DNA from: Octopus bimaculoides
Lineage: Eukaryota
Direction: 5' to 3'
Assembly (NCBI RefSeq): GCF_001194135.2
Contig: NC_068984.1
Span: 65,009,013-65,073,012, forward strand
DNA: 64,000 nt
Positions 1 to 12,890 of this stretch are shown here, piece after piece. Each line of letters begins with the position of its first letter. Position 1 is the stretch's first letter. A program made the position numbers and the translations under genes. The notes beneath the pieces were generated by a model. The model saw nothing but the letters and a program-made list of their open reading frames with translations, was not told where the DNA came from and searched no databases.

Positions 1-587
1 CAGATTAGTTCAAAAAGAATACAAGAGGAGGCATGATAACACTGGAGATTGTATGAGAAGAAAGGTCTTGAAAGGACATTGAAATGGTAGAGCATAAACC
101 TTGTAGGGTTTTACAATTCAGTGTGATTCAGTGACTGATGCTCAGAGACCAGACATTGGTGTAGTTGATAAAAATGATGTAGGAAACCAAGATAACAGAT
201 ATTACCATATCTGGGGATGTACAAGTGGATGATAAGGAACTGGAAAAGATTGAGAAATACAAGCCACTAAAAGATGAGACTATATGAATGTGGGCAATGA
301 AGAAAGTAACCATTATCCCAGTAGTTGTAGGAGCACTGAGAACAATAACAAACAGGTTTAAAAAATTTGTCGTAGAAATTATGGTTAACATGAGGGTAGA
401 ACATGCTCAGAAAACCGCTTTACTGAAGATGGCGAGGATTTTGAGATTGGTACTAGGATGTTAAATATTGTAAATAGTTGAAAGATATCTTATGAGATCC
501 TTGACAGCAGGTTGTAGTCCACTCTTACAGAATTAGTCAAAGCAAGTGAAATAAAGAGCTCTGAGAAGTGAAATAATAATAATAATA
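1..587 (+). mobile_element. R4/Dong-like non-LTR retrotransposon 3' fragment (RLE endonuclease + 3'UTR + (AAT)n tail), decayed, truncated by window start
   Basis: Translates with stops/frameshifts as RPDIGVVDK (146-172), IDITISGD..DKELEKIEKYKPL, VIPVVVGAL and VEHAQKTALLKMARILRLVL, matching the PD-(D/E)xK RLE C-terminus of R4-clade LINEs. (AAT)n tail at 572-587. Confidence 0.85.
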
Positions 588-980
588 GAAAGCAAACTAT
601 GCTGGATCATAGAAATAGTATGCCCAGCTTACAACAAGGTATGCGATAAGGAAGAAAGAAAAGTCGATAGATATGACAGGTTAGCTTGGGAGGTTAAGCA
701 GTTGCGGTCAATGACAAAGGTGGTAGTAGTACCAATAATTGTCGGAGCCCTGGGAACAGTGAGTAAAAACCTTGAGAAGTACATGAAACAAATAGGGGTT
801 GCAATAAGGGTTGAGCACTTGCAGAAAACAGCACTGCATGGAACTGCTCGAATACTCTGGAAGGTGCTCAAAAATAAGGGGTGTTACCTTAGTTCACTGG
901 TAGTGAACAGCTGACACCGTAGTACATCTCCAGCGTCAAAAGCAGTGCAAAGGCAATAATGATAATAATAATAATAATAG
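588..980 (+). mobile_element. Second R4/Dong-like LINE 3' fragment (different subfamily), starting at the end of the first copy's tail
   Basis: Reads KLCWIIEIVCPAYNKVCDKEERKVDRYDRLAWEVKQLRSMTKVVVVPIIVGALGTVSKNLEKYMKQIGVAIRVEHLQKTALHGTARILWKVL (includes ORF 702..914). Distinct 3'UTR; (AAT)n tail at 955-980. Confidence 0.88.
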
Positions 981-1179
981 TCTATGTAATCTAAAATTTT
1001 AAAACAAACACATAATTTTCTTATGTTTTCTTAAACATTCTCTAGAACAATAATACGGGCAAAACCAAATATATGACCCTCTAGGGATAACACCAACATG
1101 AACTTCTAACTTGTTGTCTCATGAGGTCTCTGAGTAAGACTTGGAGCCAACTTGTACAAATACAAAGCAAAAATCAGAC

Positions 1180-1214
<35 letters not shown>
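981..1214 (+). mobile_element. Third retroelement 3' end (probably R4-like 3'UTR only) with (AAT)n tail
   Basis: Starts directly after the second tail with tct atg taa (possible ORF end) and ends in (AAT)n at 1183-1214. No protein motif remains, so the family is inferred from context. Confidence 0.55.
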
Positions 1215-2519
1215 GTAAACACTTAAACATTGGAAAATTTTTCTATTATATGAAACAAAATTAATGCAAAGTCATAATATCTAAAGTGAATTTGAATATT
1301 ATTATATAAAAGAATACATAATAAGGATATTTGTTAGTATTTGTATAAACATGTTCTACTAGAAGAATTTCAAATAAATGTTTTCATAAAGTGACAAACT
1401 TTCAACAATCTGAAGTGCTACTAGTAGTAGCAATTCAGTCACAAGATGTAAAATCACTGCAATAGATAATAAAAGCAATGCATAACAAGTCACTAGGTAC
1501 AAAATCTCAAAAGAATCTGTCATAAAGGTCAAAAGGTATAGAACCTTGTATCTGCAGACATTTCCTATAAGCTTAGTAATACCAAACATTTTGGAGGATA
1601 ATTCCATGTCTTTAACCATGTTAATCCCAAAACAGGATGGTCTGACATCAAACTCTCAAACTGTAGAAAGTTAATGGAAACTTGAATAAAACCAAATATT
1701 CAACACACTCTACATAATCTCAGAATATTTACTGTTTGATGCACAAGTTTCTAGTATGAATAACTGGCATTGTTTTCTTAGGAAAAGTGAAAAACAATCT
1801 GAAAATTTATAGTAACTATAAGATGATTGAAGGAAACATGGAAAAAATGAGGTAAGTAAATAGTTACTGAGAAAAACCTGCTGTTACAAATCACGAACTC
1901 ATATGTATACAATAAGCTCCCACCATATCACTGTCATAGTCTGATATGACAGACTGCAAATATTGGTAAAAGTTAAAGCTATTCTACTTTTATATATTTA
2001 CATGGAAGCTAATCAAGCTTCTTTACTAAGAAAAAAAATATATATATATAAAGGAGAAAATAATACTGTTTTTGGAAATAAAATAAGAGCAAATAAAAAA
2101 AAAGAAAGTTTGTAGAGAATCTATATGAAAAAATCTCATTAGCATCTCCACAACTATCCAATAATCAAATCCATATACTACCAAAACTACTCTGATGGAA
2201 CTTGTGAATTTGAGTATGACCAAAATGTAGAGAAATCAAGTTAAAAATATATGTATTTGCAGCTAAAACCCATGTAGCTGACTGATAATTCTACACCAAT
2301 AAGAAGTATTCTTACTCTTTGTAAATGTGAAATATGAAAAAAAAAAAAAAAGACTGGAATTATCAAGTTACTTTGTAACAACTTGAAAATTTGTTTACTC
2401 CAATGAAGCTTCTATCATTAAAAAACTGTTATACAAATAAAATATCTCTATGATAATATCACAAAAATTATGTTTTAGCACTTTGATCCCTTCTATAACT
2501 ATCATCATATTATTATTAT

Positions 2520-2740
2520 TAGTATTCACCGCCAGTATCATTAAAGTTTGGAGGAAATGCTTTATGATATTTTTTTCAATTCTTTACATTCTGAGTTCAA
2601 ATCTCGTCAAGGTCAACTTTGCCTTTCATCCTATCAAGGTTGATAAACTACCAGTCATGTACTATGGTCCATGACATTGACTAAACCCCACCCCTCAAAA
2701 TGGTTGGTTTGTACTTGAATCAGCAACCATTATAATTATT
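2520..2740 (+). mobile_element. tRNA-derived SINE, family D, decayed
   Basis: B-box-like gagttcaaatc followed by caaggtcaactttgcctttcatcc, shared with copies at 12.7, 40.5, 40.8 and 58.7 kb. Confidence 0.7.
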
Positions 2741-3376
2741 ACAATAAAAGTTTATCTATTTATGTTTTCAATGCTTATGCATGCTTTCATTGCATAACTA
2801 AATGTAATCTTGTTTTGTGAATTAATGCAGTGGTTTTTGTCACTTAGTCACAGATCAATCAAAGGCATTCCAGTCATGGACATCCCATTGATTTTCTAAA
2901 ATATTTTTGTATATCTACGACTACATTATCCAATGCATCATACTATTTTTAATATGGCAGGGTGTGATCTGATGTTTATTTGGCTGTTATTTATAGCAAA
3001 TCAAAAGACTACATCAAGGCTTCCTTGTGGTTCAGACATATGCAGTTTGCGTATGTGAATGTGTTTATTATCTTGATTCTATACTATTTATTATGTGCAC
3101 ACTTCCCAATTATGTTGATTCTTATAATATATACACATAAATCCTGTCCTATGGGATATATATTGCTTTGTATTTCTTTTTATTATTCCCTGGGTTTTGC
3201 ATTTCATTCCTCACATTTCAGTTATCTATATGTCCAGAACTTTGTTTTTGGACAATTTTTCCAATCCATTTTAGAGATATGCAACGTCTGCTGGGATTAA
3301 CATATTGCTAATATATTGATGTCTGTTTGTAGTAAAACATGTACCAGAATATATTCTCTTGTAATACATCAACCAA

Positions 3377-3725
3377 ATTATTATCATTATTATTTCCATT
3401 TCACTTCTTAGAGCTCTTGATTTCACTTGCTCCAGTTAATTCTGTAAGAGCTGACCACAACATGTTGTGAAGGATCTCACAGGGTCTCTTCCTATAATAT
3501 GTAACATCCAGTACCAATCTCAAAATCCTCACTGTCCCCAGTAGAGCAGTTTTCTGAGCATGTTCTACCTTCATATCAATCCTGATTTCTCCAACAAATT
3601 TCTCTTTTATTATCAATATTGTTGTTGTTTGGTCATTATTATTGTGTGTATCAGCATCAACCTCATAACCACCAACAGCCTCATACATATTTTATTCCGG
3701 CTGTCTCCATCAATTAAGTATATTT
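3377..3725 (-). mobile_element. R4/Dong-like LINE 3' fragment, same subfamily as 1-587, internally deleted
   Basis: ORF 3401..3688 contains KVEHAQKTALLGTVRILRLVL. The 3'UTR (gagcaagtgaaatcaagagctctaagaagtgaaat) matches that of the 1-587 copy; (AAT)n-like tail. Confidence 0.85.
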
Positions 3726-3920
3726 TAAAAATGTTCTTCATCTTTATATTTTTGTTTTGCTTTCAAAGAGATATTTGTAATCAAACTATAACTCTCTGAG
3801 CATAAACTTGTTTTTTTGTTAAAAATTTTTTTTTTACTTTCAAAGCTCTCTAAAATATTTCAGCCAATCAGATACTCCATTTAACAATTGAATATTAATC
3901 TCAACCTAAAACTACAGAAT

Positions 3921-3922
3921 GG

Positions 3923-3976
<54 letters not shown>

Positions 3977-4143
3977 TGCATGTGTGTAGGTAGGTAGATA
4001 GATAGATAGATAAAAACATATAGAACTATTATCAACTTTTTAAAAACACAAAAATTTTGACAACACAAATGCAGCTGAAGCAATGACTTCAGCTTCAACA
4101 GATGGTCTCTGATCATATCACTTGTGAGATAAGCATAATCTTG

Positions 4144-4188
<45 letters not shown>
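3921..4188. repeat. (GT)n (3921-3975) and (CA)n (4146-4188) microsatellites in opposite orientation
   Basis: Directly visible. Confidence 0.95.
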
Positions 4189-4191
<3 letters not shown>

Positions 4192-4667
4192 GATGGATTT
4201 GCACTTAATTCTGTGCAAGCCAAGGAGGACAACTTGTAAATGTTTGACTAATCTGCTAAAAATAAACATATTTTTTTAAAATCTCAATACACCATCGTAA
4301 AAACGGTAGGAAACATCCGACCATATAGTTCTAGATAAACAAAATCTGAATGAAAAACAGTTGCTATTAGTAGGAACACCTTTCAGTTTTGATAATAGAT
4401 CTCTTCAGTCAAGGTTGACTTGGAGCTAAGCAACAATAACAACTACATTCTATAATGACATAATCAACCATCATCTATGATTTAGATGCCATATGTCAGT
4501 TGCAAAGCTCTTCTACCTTGAAGCTATAAGATCTTAACCTCAATATTTTCATTTCTTTTCTAACTTATTGGGCTGCTCAATCTTTTTATCTTAATGAGGC
4601 TTCCATCTGAGACTTGGCTTCAATAATTGCAGGCAAGGCAACTTGGAATTAATCTAATCTATATCTA

Positions 4668-4909
4668 NNNNNNNNNNNNNNNNNNNNNNNNNNNNNNNNN
4701 NNNNNNNNNNNNNNNNNNNNNNNNNNNNNNNNNNNNNNNNNNNNNNNNNNNNNNNNNNNNNNNNNNNNNNNNNNNNNNNNNNNNNNNNNNNNNNNNNNNN
4801 NNNNNNNNNNNNNNNNNNNNNNNNNNNNNNNNNNNNNNNNNNNNNNNNNNNNNNNNNNNNNNNNNNNNNNNNNNNNNNNNNNNNNNNNNNNNNNNNNNNN
4901 NNNNNNNNN
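4668..4909. other. Assembly gap (242 N)
   Basis: N run. Confidence 1.
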
Positions 4910-5035
4910 ATAGTTAAGAAGTCCACTTTGTAACCACATAATTTCAGGTTCAATCCAGCTGCACAGCACTCTGTCAGCCCAATGTTTTTGTGAAGGAATT
5001 CGATAAATGAAAGCTCTGCTAAGTTCATAGTGTGT
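4910..5035 (+). mobile_element. tRNA-derived SINE head, family A, decayed
   Basis: tagttaagaagtccactttgtaaccacataatttcaggttcaatcc resembles the head of the better-preserved copies at 21076 and 36915. Confidence 0.55.
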
Positions 5036-5058
5036 GTGTATGTGTATGAGTGTGTGTG

Positions 5059-5093
<35 letters not shown>

Positions 5094-5095
5094 CT

Positions 5096-5133
<38 letters not shown>

Positions 5134-6199
5134 AGCTGTGTATGTATCCGTGTATGTGTCTATTTGGATTTACATTCTGTGCTAAGCTATGCTACAGAAA
5201 TTTGCTTACTGATGTTTCTTAGTCAACAAATCAACTGGAAACTCTGCACTTTCAGAGATAAGTGGAATGAAAACTATCCTACTAGAGGAACAATTAAGAA
5301 TTAGTAACAAGAAGAACATTCTAAATGTAAAACAATGCTTTAGTAATATGTATTCACCTAATCCTTGTTACCAAGGAAAATGGGCAAAAATCAAATGCAA
5401 AAAAACACATATTCATTCATCTAACTGTGAGGCAAAATAGGTCAAACAAGATTCATAAACTCTGCCCAAGCTAGAGCAGCTATTATAAAGATCAACCCAA
5501 AGTTGATGCATAATTTGCATTAGCTAACAATAAAGAATGTCATTGCATTTCTGGGAATGAAACTCAAGCTAGATAATGCATTTGTATACTATAATGATGA
5601 TGATAACAGATACTAGAACATATAATGATGATAGTGATAATAATTATTCAATTTAAAATACACATCAGCTTAAGAGCCAGAGGTAGTTTAGTTCAGTCAT
5701 TAAGGATTTTCTCTAAAATGTATGGAGGTATAGTCATATGTTGTAAGTTAAAGTATGCAATAGTGGCGTCTAAATTATAATCTCATAGATCATATTACAA
5801 TTTAATATCATAATCATATGATCACCATTCCATACAATAACATTATATAACTTTAATATCTAAAATACAGCACTTGTTAGCTCTAATGCATCATCTGGAT
5901 TTGCTCTTTTATGCTAGAAATTTTTTCATCTCTATAATTGAAAAGTTTTCCAATATTTCTTATACTCTTTATGCACTGGAATTTCCTTCCATTTTTTATA
6001 GTTAGACCCAATGAACTCCATATGATATTAGATTTAAAAGAACACATAGAGAGAAAAATCAATGAACTCAAAACAGCTATAGTAAATTTTCTGTACCCAT
6101 TCTTCTGAATTGTCAATTCCTATCTGACGACCTATAACTGCTTTATGCTGAGCCTCACCTCTGACATATTCGTCAATATATGTTCAGTAATACAATATA

Positions 6200-6600
6200 C
6201 AGTGACCTGCTATTTCAGACAAGATGACATATTGCACCCCAAGGATGAAAGTTTGGGGAGACTACTTACAACATTCTCTCAAAGTATGGCAGCTAGATGA
6301 AAAGTGTCTGAACTAAACAAAAAGCACTTGACAACGTTTCATGAACAGAATAACAAAAAGGGGTTACATCAATAGAACTTTTCTAAGCAAGTTGACAACT
6401 CTAATATTATGAATGGGATAGACATTATTTAAAAAAAATTCAGTCATATACTATACAGGAGGAAAAAAAGACAGGATTAATTTAAAAGTGTATAAGGAGA
6501 GTAATACGACATGTAAGAAACTACAAAAATAATTTCAGTGACAATGAAAACTTCTTAAAATTTTGGAATATGATCAACAAATATAATGATGTGACTGCAG
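6200..6600 (+). mobile_element. Highly decayed LINE remnant, possibly R4-like post-RT region
   Basis: DILHPKDESLGRL (from 6226) resembles the R4-type ALHPKSDVDRLY motif. Many stops. Confidence 0.3.
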
Positions 6601-8808
6601 AAATATCTTATAATAATGTATGAACAAAAATATCTTATTTTCAAGGATAAATGATTTCTTATATTTATTATTATTTTCAGGAATGATATTTGTATCTCAA
6701 CATAGAATGTTGTTTAGTTCCAGGTCAGCCTTGTTCAAGCAGTCCTTTGATCAAAACTGTTTCAGCTGGGACCATTATTTCTTGATGCCATAAGTACTCT
6801 GTCAGTCAAGGAGTATATGATTTAAGTCGACAGGGTATGATTTGAGATTTAGCAGCTGTTTCTAAGAAATACCGCAACCATACAAAAAAGGGCTCTTTCT
6901 TTAGCTTGGACTTCAGAAAACAATGTTGGTATTTCTTAAAGTTAACCTATGTGTATATAGCAATGAGTTTGACAAGATAATCTACAGAACAGTGGAATTT
7001 TCTGATATATGAATGCAGGTATATTATGAAAATACAAAACCATTGTTTACTCATAATTGATTAACACAATGATTTATTACAGAGAAATGAAAAAGAAATT
7101 CATATTATAGAAGTAACTTTATGGTTATATCATTTGCTTGTCTGACACAAACATTTCAAACTTCAAAATTACATTAACAAATGACCCTGTAATTTCAAAT
7201 TTATTCATAACAGTTTCAAATATTTCACATACAAATAGTTTGCAAACTGAAGAGATTTAAAGAGACTTTCTTTAACCAGTTCAATGTCAGGTAGTTTTCA
7301 AAGTTTGTATGTTAGCTATTCAGCAATGAAAATCTCTACATACCAATAAATAAAAAATATACAAATATATATAATCAGTGAGTTTTAGTCCTGGTTCTTT
7401 AAACAAAGACAGTAGCAATTTAATTATAGTGACAATGTGACAGAATTCTAGATGTTTAATAACTAAAATTTAATTAAACATTAACAACTTCAGTTATTAA
7501 TGTAAACTGAAGCTTAGGTTATTAACTGAAACTGAATCAAATTCAGTGAAGAAAAGATATAACTTGTTGCTTAGCCAATGATAACCCAGAATAAATCTAT
7601 GATCAAGGGCATACCAACTTTGACCTCACTATCTAATACTCAGATATAGTATATCTAAGAGTAAATAATCGATTGTGTTTTTTTTAGGACAATGTAGTCT
7701 CATTTGAAGATTTGGCTGCTAATTCTCGCTAGGAGAATAACAATATAGATGCTTCCTCACTGGTGCAAAAATAAGTAGATGGGAGCAGTAGCCATTGCAG
7801 GAATGGTACAAGCAGTATAAAGCAGATACAACATAGACTTCCAAGAGAGTCAGTTTCAAATAGTAGGTTTATCAAACAGGCAGATAACATGTATTTTGAA
7901 GAAGTACAATATCTTTTTGATGTAAGATACATGTACTATTCCAAATGTTATTGTAATATTTTATGCTGGAAGACATTTCAGTCTCGTAAGGAGTTATTTA
8001 TTTTTGATCTGAAGCTTACAATTGATCTCTTCCTTATGGTTTTGGGTTAAAAATTGTGAGAACTAGTTTGCTTAAAATTCCTAACAATATTAGCTGAAAG
8101 ATTTTCATCAACAAAAGGATGACATTTTGTTTCTCTGTGGCTGGTTAATATTTTGGTTCTAAGGATGTTAACTGTTCCAGGTTCTAAGGATTTAATAGCT
8201 GGAGCAGTTGACACATTTTAATTTTGGCTGATAAGTGCCATTAACACATGTTAAATTGTAGTTAAAAGAAAGCCTAGTAAAAGTAGAGATAACATTTGGA
8301 GGTTCAATACGAAAATGCAAATGACCAAATCTTTGGCAACTTGCTCAAACAAATGCTAAAATGATTTTCACTTTGACAAAAACCTAAAATTTGTAGGGAC
8401 AATTATAGTTGCTTGGACTGACTTTCATACAATATCTGTATGTATATTCTCAACTCTGGAAATGAGGAGAGAAAAATCAATCCTAATGGGATTTGAACTC
8501 AGAACATGGCTAAATATTGGAGAAAATGACACTGAACTGGCTAAATGTAAAGCAAATTTGGAACTGAGAAACATGAAAATAATATTTAGAGCAGCAAAAA
8601 AAAAAAAAAAAAAATTGCTTGGACTATTAATTCCATTTCAATGTTCATCTCAAATATGGGATAGGGACATGGAAAAATATAACACTAAGACCACACCAGT
8701 TATAGTAATATTTTGGAATTCAGTTCTTATTACAAATGAATGCACGTATCTGTCTATGTATGTGTGTATATGTGTATATGTGTGTGTGCGTCAATATATA
8801 TATATATG

Positions 8809-8862
<54 letters not shown>

Positions 8863-9897
8863 TATACACACACACATATATACATACACACATTACTACA
8901 AACACATATAGCACCGGAATGTAATTAGAGTGTACATTAAATAAAATATGGAGTAAATAAACCACAAGCTGTGATTAATAGTCCACTCAATTTTCACTTC
9001 TTCAGTAATGATTCATTTTACTATGTATTGAGTAGTAAATAATATCAATTTTTTTTCTTTCGTTTTTTGCAATATGTAACATCTTATCAGAATTTCTAAA
9101 TTCAGAAAATCAGAGTGAAAATAATGGAACTGTAAGTTAAAAAAAAAACAAAAACACTATGTCTTTTTAAAAAATAATAATAAACGAACAATAAAATAAA
9201 ATATCAAAACTTTCAAAAAGGTTAACATTTTTCTGTATTTATGAAACTTTTTTCAACTAATTATCATTTTCTTTTTTTTTCAGTTACTAAAATTCATATA
9301 TAAATGTGTCCATTCTGATATTTTACATATATTTGTAAGAAAGATTTTTATTTGGTAAATTGATAAGTAGTTTCTTAATAGCATTACTTCCTGAATAATA
9401 AATAACAGTTATATTTCAAGAGCAAATCCAAAGATTTGCACACTGCTATTTATCTTAGAGTAAAATATCTCAGTCAATTAATATCTACTTAAATATAGAT
9501 ATAATTCTGAACTCAAATATCAGTTTGGACTACTAAATTAAGAAACATTTTAAAAATCATGTATCATAAATAATCATGTAATTCTGGAGGGTAGGATGAG
9601 GATGGTGGTGGTATTGGTAGTAATGATAGGCACAAATGACTGTCAGGGTAGAATTTTGAGAATGAAGGTTTCATTTTTTTTTAATGAACATTGATTAACA
9701 GTGAAGAGTAATTTCACCTTGGATTGGTCCTAGTGTCTGTGGATAATCCATCTGCCACTTCAATAGGACACTTTGTTCCGATCTGGTACCTCACATGTAA
9801 AATAATGAAATAACACTGAATTGGGCTAAACATATCTATGATATGAAATAGAATCAAATTTACAGCTAAGATTTAATTTAAAATATAAACAATCAGA

Positions 9898-10104
9898 GGG
9901 CGTATCCAGGTTGAGATTACTTCCTCTGCTTAATAAATTTTGGAATATATGGGGAGGTATTTTAAACTTGCATTATAAAGTTTATGAGAGGTTGAACAGA
10001 ACAATTTCAGTGTTACATTAGATCGCTGGGCATTAGTGTGCTTTATTGCAGTCACTGCATATGTGATAGATTATTTTATTAAGGTGGGTTTCCTCGATAC
10101 GCCC
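9898..10104. mobile_element. Putative MITE with 13-bp TIRs
   Basis: gggcgtatccagg (9898-9910) and cctcgatacgccc (10092-10104) are reverse complements at 12/13. No clear TSD. Confidence 0.5.
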
Positions 10105-10776
10105 AAAGAGTACAAATCATATTAGTCTATTTTCTTCATAAATATCATATCACAAACACACAGCAATGATTTAGAGTTTACAAAAGTGTGTTCTTTATTT
10201 ATGGTTAAGTCAAGACTTTTGGCAAACAACATTGCTAAAAAGGAATATTTTTCTGACATGAGTATTCAGTTAGAATGTCTTAGAAGTATTATGATTATAT
10301 ACATACTAAGCATTCAGATAAAACCAGTCCACCATCCATTGTTTCATGTATCTGCAGAGGCTGTACTTAAATCTTATTGATTCCCCGAAAATGGTTCTCA
10401 ATGAAGCTTACATCATATAGTTAAAGTTACATTTTGCCAATAACAATGTCATATAAGATTTATTGTTTATTTAACTAAGCTTTCACAAGAAAATTTATAC
10501 AATAATTATTTGATATTTAGAGCAAATATTTCTTTTATTAAAAGTGTTAGAATTCTGGACAGTAAACTGGTATTATTTACAAGAAAATAGAAATGTTAGT
10601 AAAAAAAAAATGGTTAATATAGTTTTCTGAAAAAAACATACAAATTATTTAAAATCCTCTTTCTCAAGAGGAAGCTGAGCTCTACTTCAAAAACATTTTA
10701 ATAAGATAAGAAACAAATTACAAGAGGCTTCTTTGATTTTTAAAGATAATTTCAAATGATATGTTAACACACACAT

Positions 10777-10818
<42 letters not shown>

Positions 10819-10823
10819 TGTGT

Positions 10824-10891
10824 NNNNNNNNNNNNNNNNNNNNNNNNNNNNNNNNNNNNNNNNNNNNNNNNNNNNNNNNNNNNNNNNNNNN
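10824..10891. other. Assembly gap (68 N) within a (TG)n/(TA)n tract
   Basis: N run. Confidence 1.
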
Positions 10892-10926
10892 TATATGTAT
10901 ACGTACATGCATACATACACATATGT

Positions 10927-10962
<36 letters not shown>

Positions 10963-11414
10963 GCATATGTGTGTACATGTGCATGTATAAAATTTGGTCT
11001 GCAAAATGTAGCAGTGCATATAACTTTTACTGGCCCTCCAAGGTCAATGATTTTGTTGCCACCATTTGAGTGAAGTTTGAAATCAGCAATGATATTCTTC
11101 TTTCATACATACAATTTTATATTTTCTCCTAGAAAATCATATTTTATACATAATGTATTAACTTCATAAGTGCTAAATGTTAAGTCACAATCTACAACTA
11201 CAAAAAAAGAATCAGAAGCTGATCATTCTTTTGCCTCATCTTTAGAAAATCTTTCTTCTAACTGACAACAATGATGAGTTAGAAAAGACAAAAGTAAAGT
11301 GGAATATTCTGGTGGATTTAATGTATGCGGTTGGCTGAGTGAAAAATGATCACTCTATGAAAGGCTGCATCCCAGATACTGATCTCTTCATCTTGTTAAT
11401 TTTACCCATGCAAT

Positions 11415-11425
11415 AAATGTGTGTA

Positions 11426-11469
<44 letters not shown>

Positions 11470-11551
11470 AAATATTTATTTATAATATATTACATACAAA
11501 TTACGTATAAGCTACACACACATGTATGCATATATAGATATACACTTACAA

Positions 11552-11593
<42 letters not shown>

Positions 11594-12040
11594 GCATATA
11601 CATATATATGCACAAACATATTGATATGTGCATACAGACATACACACACACACATACACACACACACACATATAGTGATATACACCACTCCATTTAATGT
11701 ATTACTACACATAGAATTTAGTCTATCTTCAAATTAAAGTAAATTTAAGAATTGTTCACTGATTTATAGGTAAATTAATAACTATCATACATGACTGCAT
11801 CTTTAGTATTTATATAATCTATTATCTATATATGAGTGTATGCATGTGTGTATACCTGTACATATATGTATATTTGTATGTGTGTGCACAGACACACACA
11901 CACACATATATAAATATATATAAACATATATTCATATATGTATATAAGTATTTATCTACATATATATGAAAAAATGTGTGTATATGTGTATATATCTTTA
12001 CACAAACACGTGCACACACATATATATATGTGTATATGTG
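11415..12040. repeat. Compound (TG)/(TA)/(CA) microsatellite field
   Basis: Directly visible; explains several [12 protein letters not shown] ORFs. Confidence 0.95.
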
Positions 12041-12606
12041 TGAATATACAGTAAATGAGAATGAAGAGATTTGAGTTAAGACATGTAGATGTAGTTGACA
12101 CAAGGCAACTAGTTCAACAGTATGAGTTCTCATCAACTGTAGGTATTTCATTGTTATTTCATAGCAGTTGATTAACTGAGTTGTTAGAACACTATACAGA
12201 ATGCCATGAAATATTTAATTACAGTTCTTTACATTCTAAATTCATATCCTGTCAAGGTTAGCTTTGAATTTCATGCTTCCACAGTCAGCAAAAGGAGGAT
12301 CAAGCAAATCTTAGGTAGGTTTAATTAACTACATTCTTCTCTCCAATATTTTGAGGCTAATAAAATGTATTTGAGTCATGTATTGCAGCTGATTTTTAAT
12401 TGGCTAACTTCTGCACACAAATTTCTAGCTGTGAGCAATTGTTAGAAATGCATGTTCTGAGTTCAAATAACAGCTAGTAAGGTCAACTTTTATCTTTCTG
12501 GGAGTGAAAAATATGTACAAGTCAATTGTTGGATTTCACTATAATCAGCTGCTTCCTCCAGTAAAATTTCTACCTTTGTGCCTATGTTACAAATCATCAT
12601 CATCAG

Positions 12607-12607
<1 letters not shown>

Positions 12608-12657
<50 letters not shown>

Positions 12658-12890
12658 GGCAGCAAGCTGGCAGAATATTCACCATCGTGGGCAAAATGTC
12701 CACCAGCATTTATTTCATCTTTATGTTCAGAGTTCAAATTATGCTGATGCCAACATTGCCTTTCATCCTTTCAGGATTGATATAATAAATACCAGTTGAG
12801 CACTGAAGCCAATGTAATCGACTTACCCCATCGTTCAAAATTGCTGAACTTGTGACAAAAAATTTGAAATCATTATTATTATTAGTAGTA
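12608..12890 (+). mobile_element. (ATT)n tract plus near full-length family D SINE
   Basis: A-box-like tggcagaat, B-box-like gagttcaaatt, body gcctttcatcctttcagg..taccagttgagcactg, ATT tail. Preceded by (ATT)n at 12608-12656. Confidence 0.8.

Noticed and set aside
4073-4094. 8-bp hairpin agctgaag/cttcagct
   Set aside because: Too short to be significant in 64 kb.
9716-9870. Minus-strand peptides SCKFDSI and IEVADGLSTD resembling the missing second half of the CUB domain
   Set aside because: They are in different frames, separated by a stop, with no consistent acceptor/donor pair; probably chance.
12046-12143. Plus-strand MRMKRFELRHVDVVDTRQLVQQYEFSSTV followed by a GT
   Set aside because: Short, isolated, on the opposite strand to the host gene, no recognisable motif.
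8462-12151. ORFs rich in YI/HT/CV/MY repeats here and at 29.9, 32.9, 35-37, 47.2 and 59.4 kb, plus X-filled ORFs
   Set aside because: Artefacts of dinucleotide microsatellites and N gaps.
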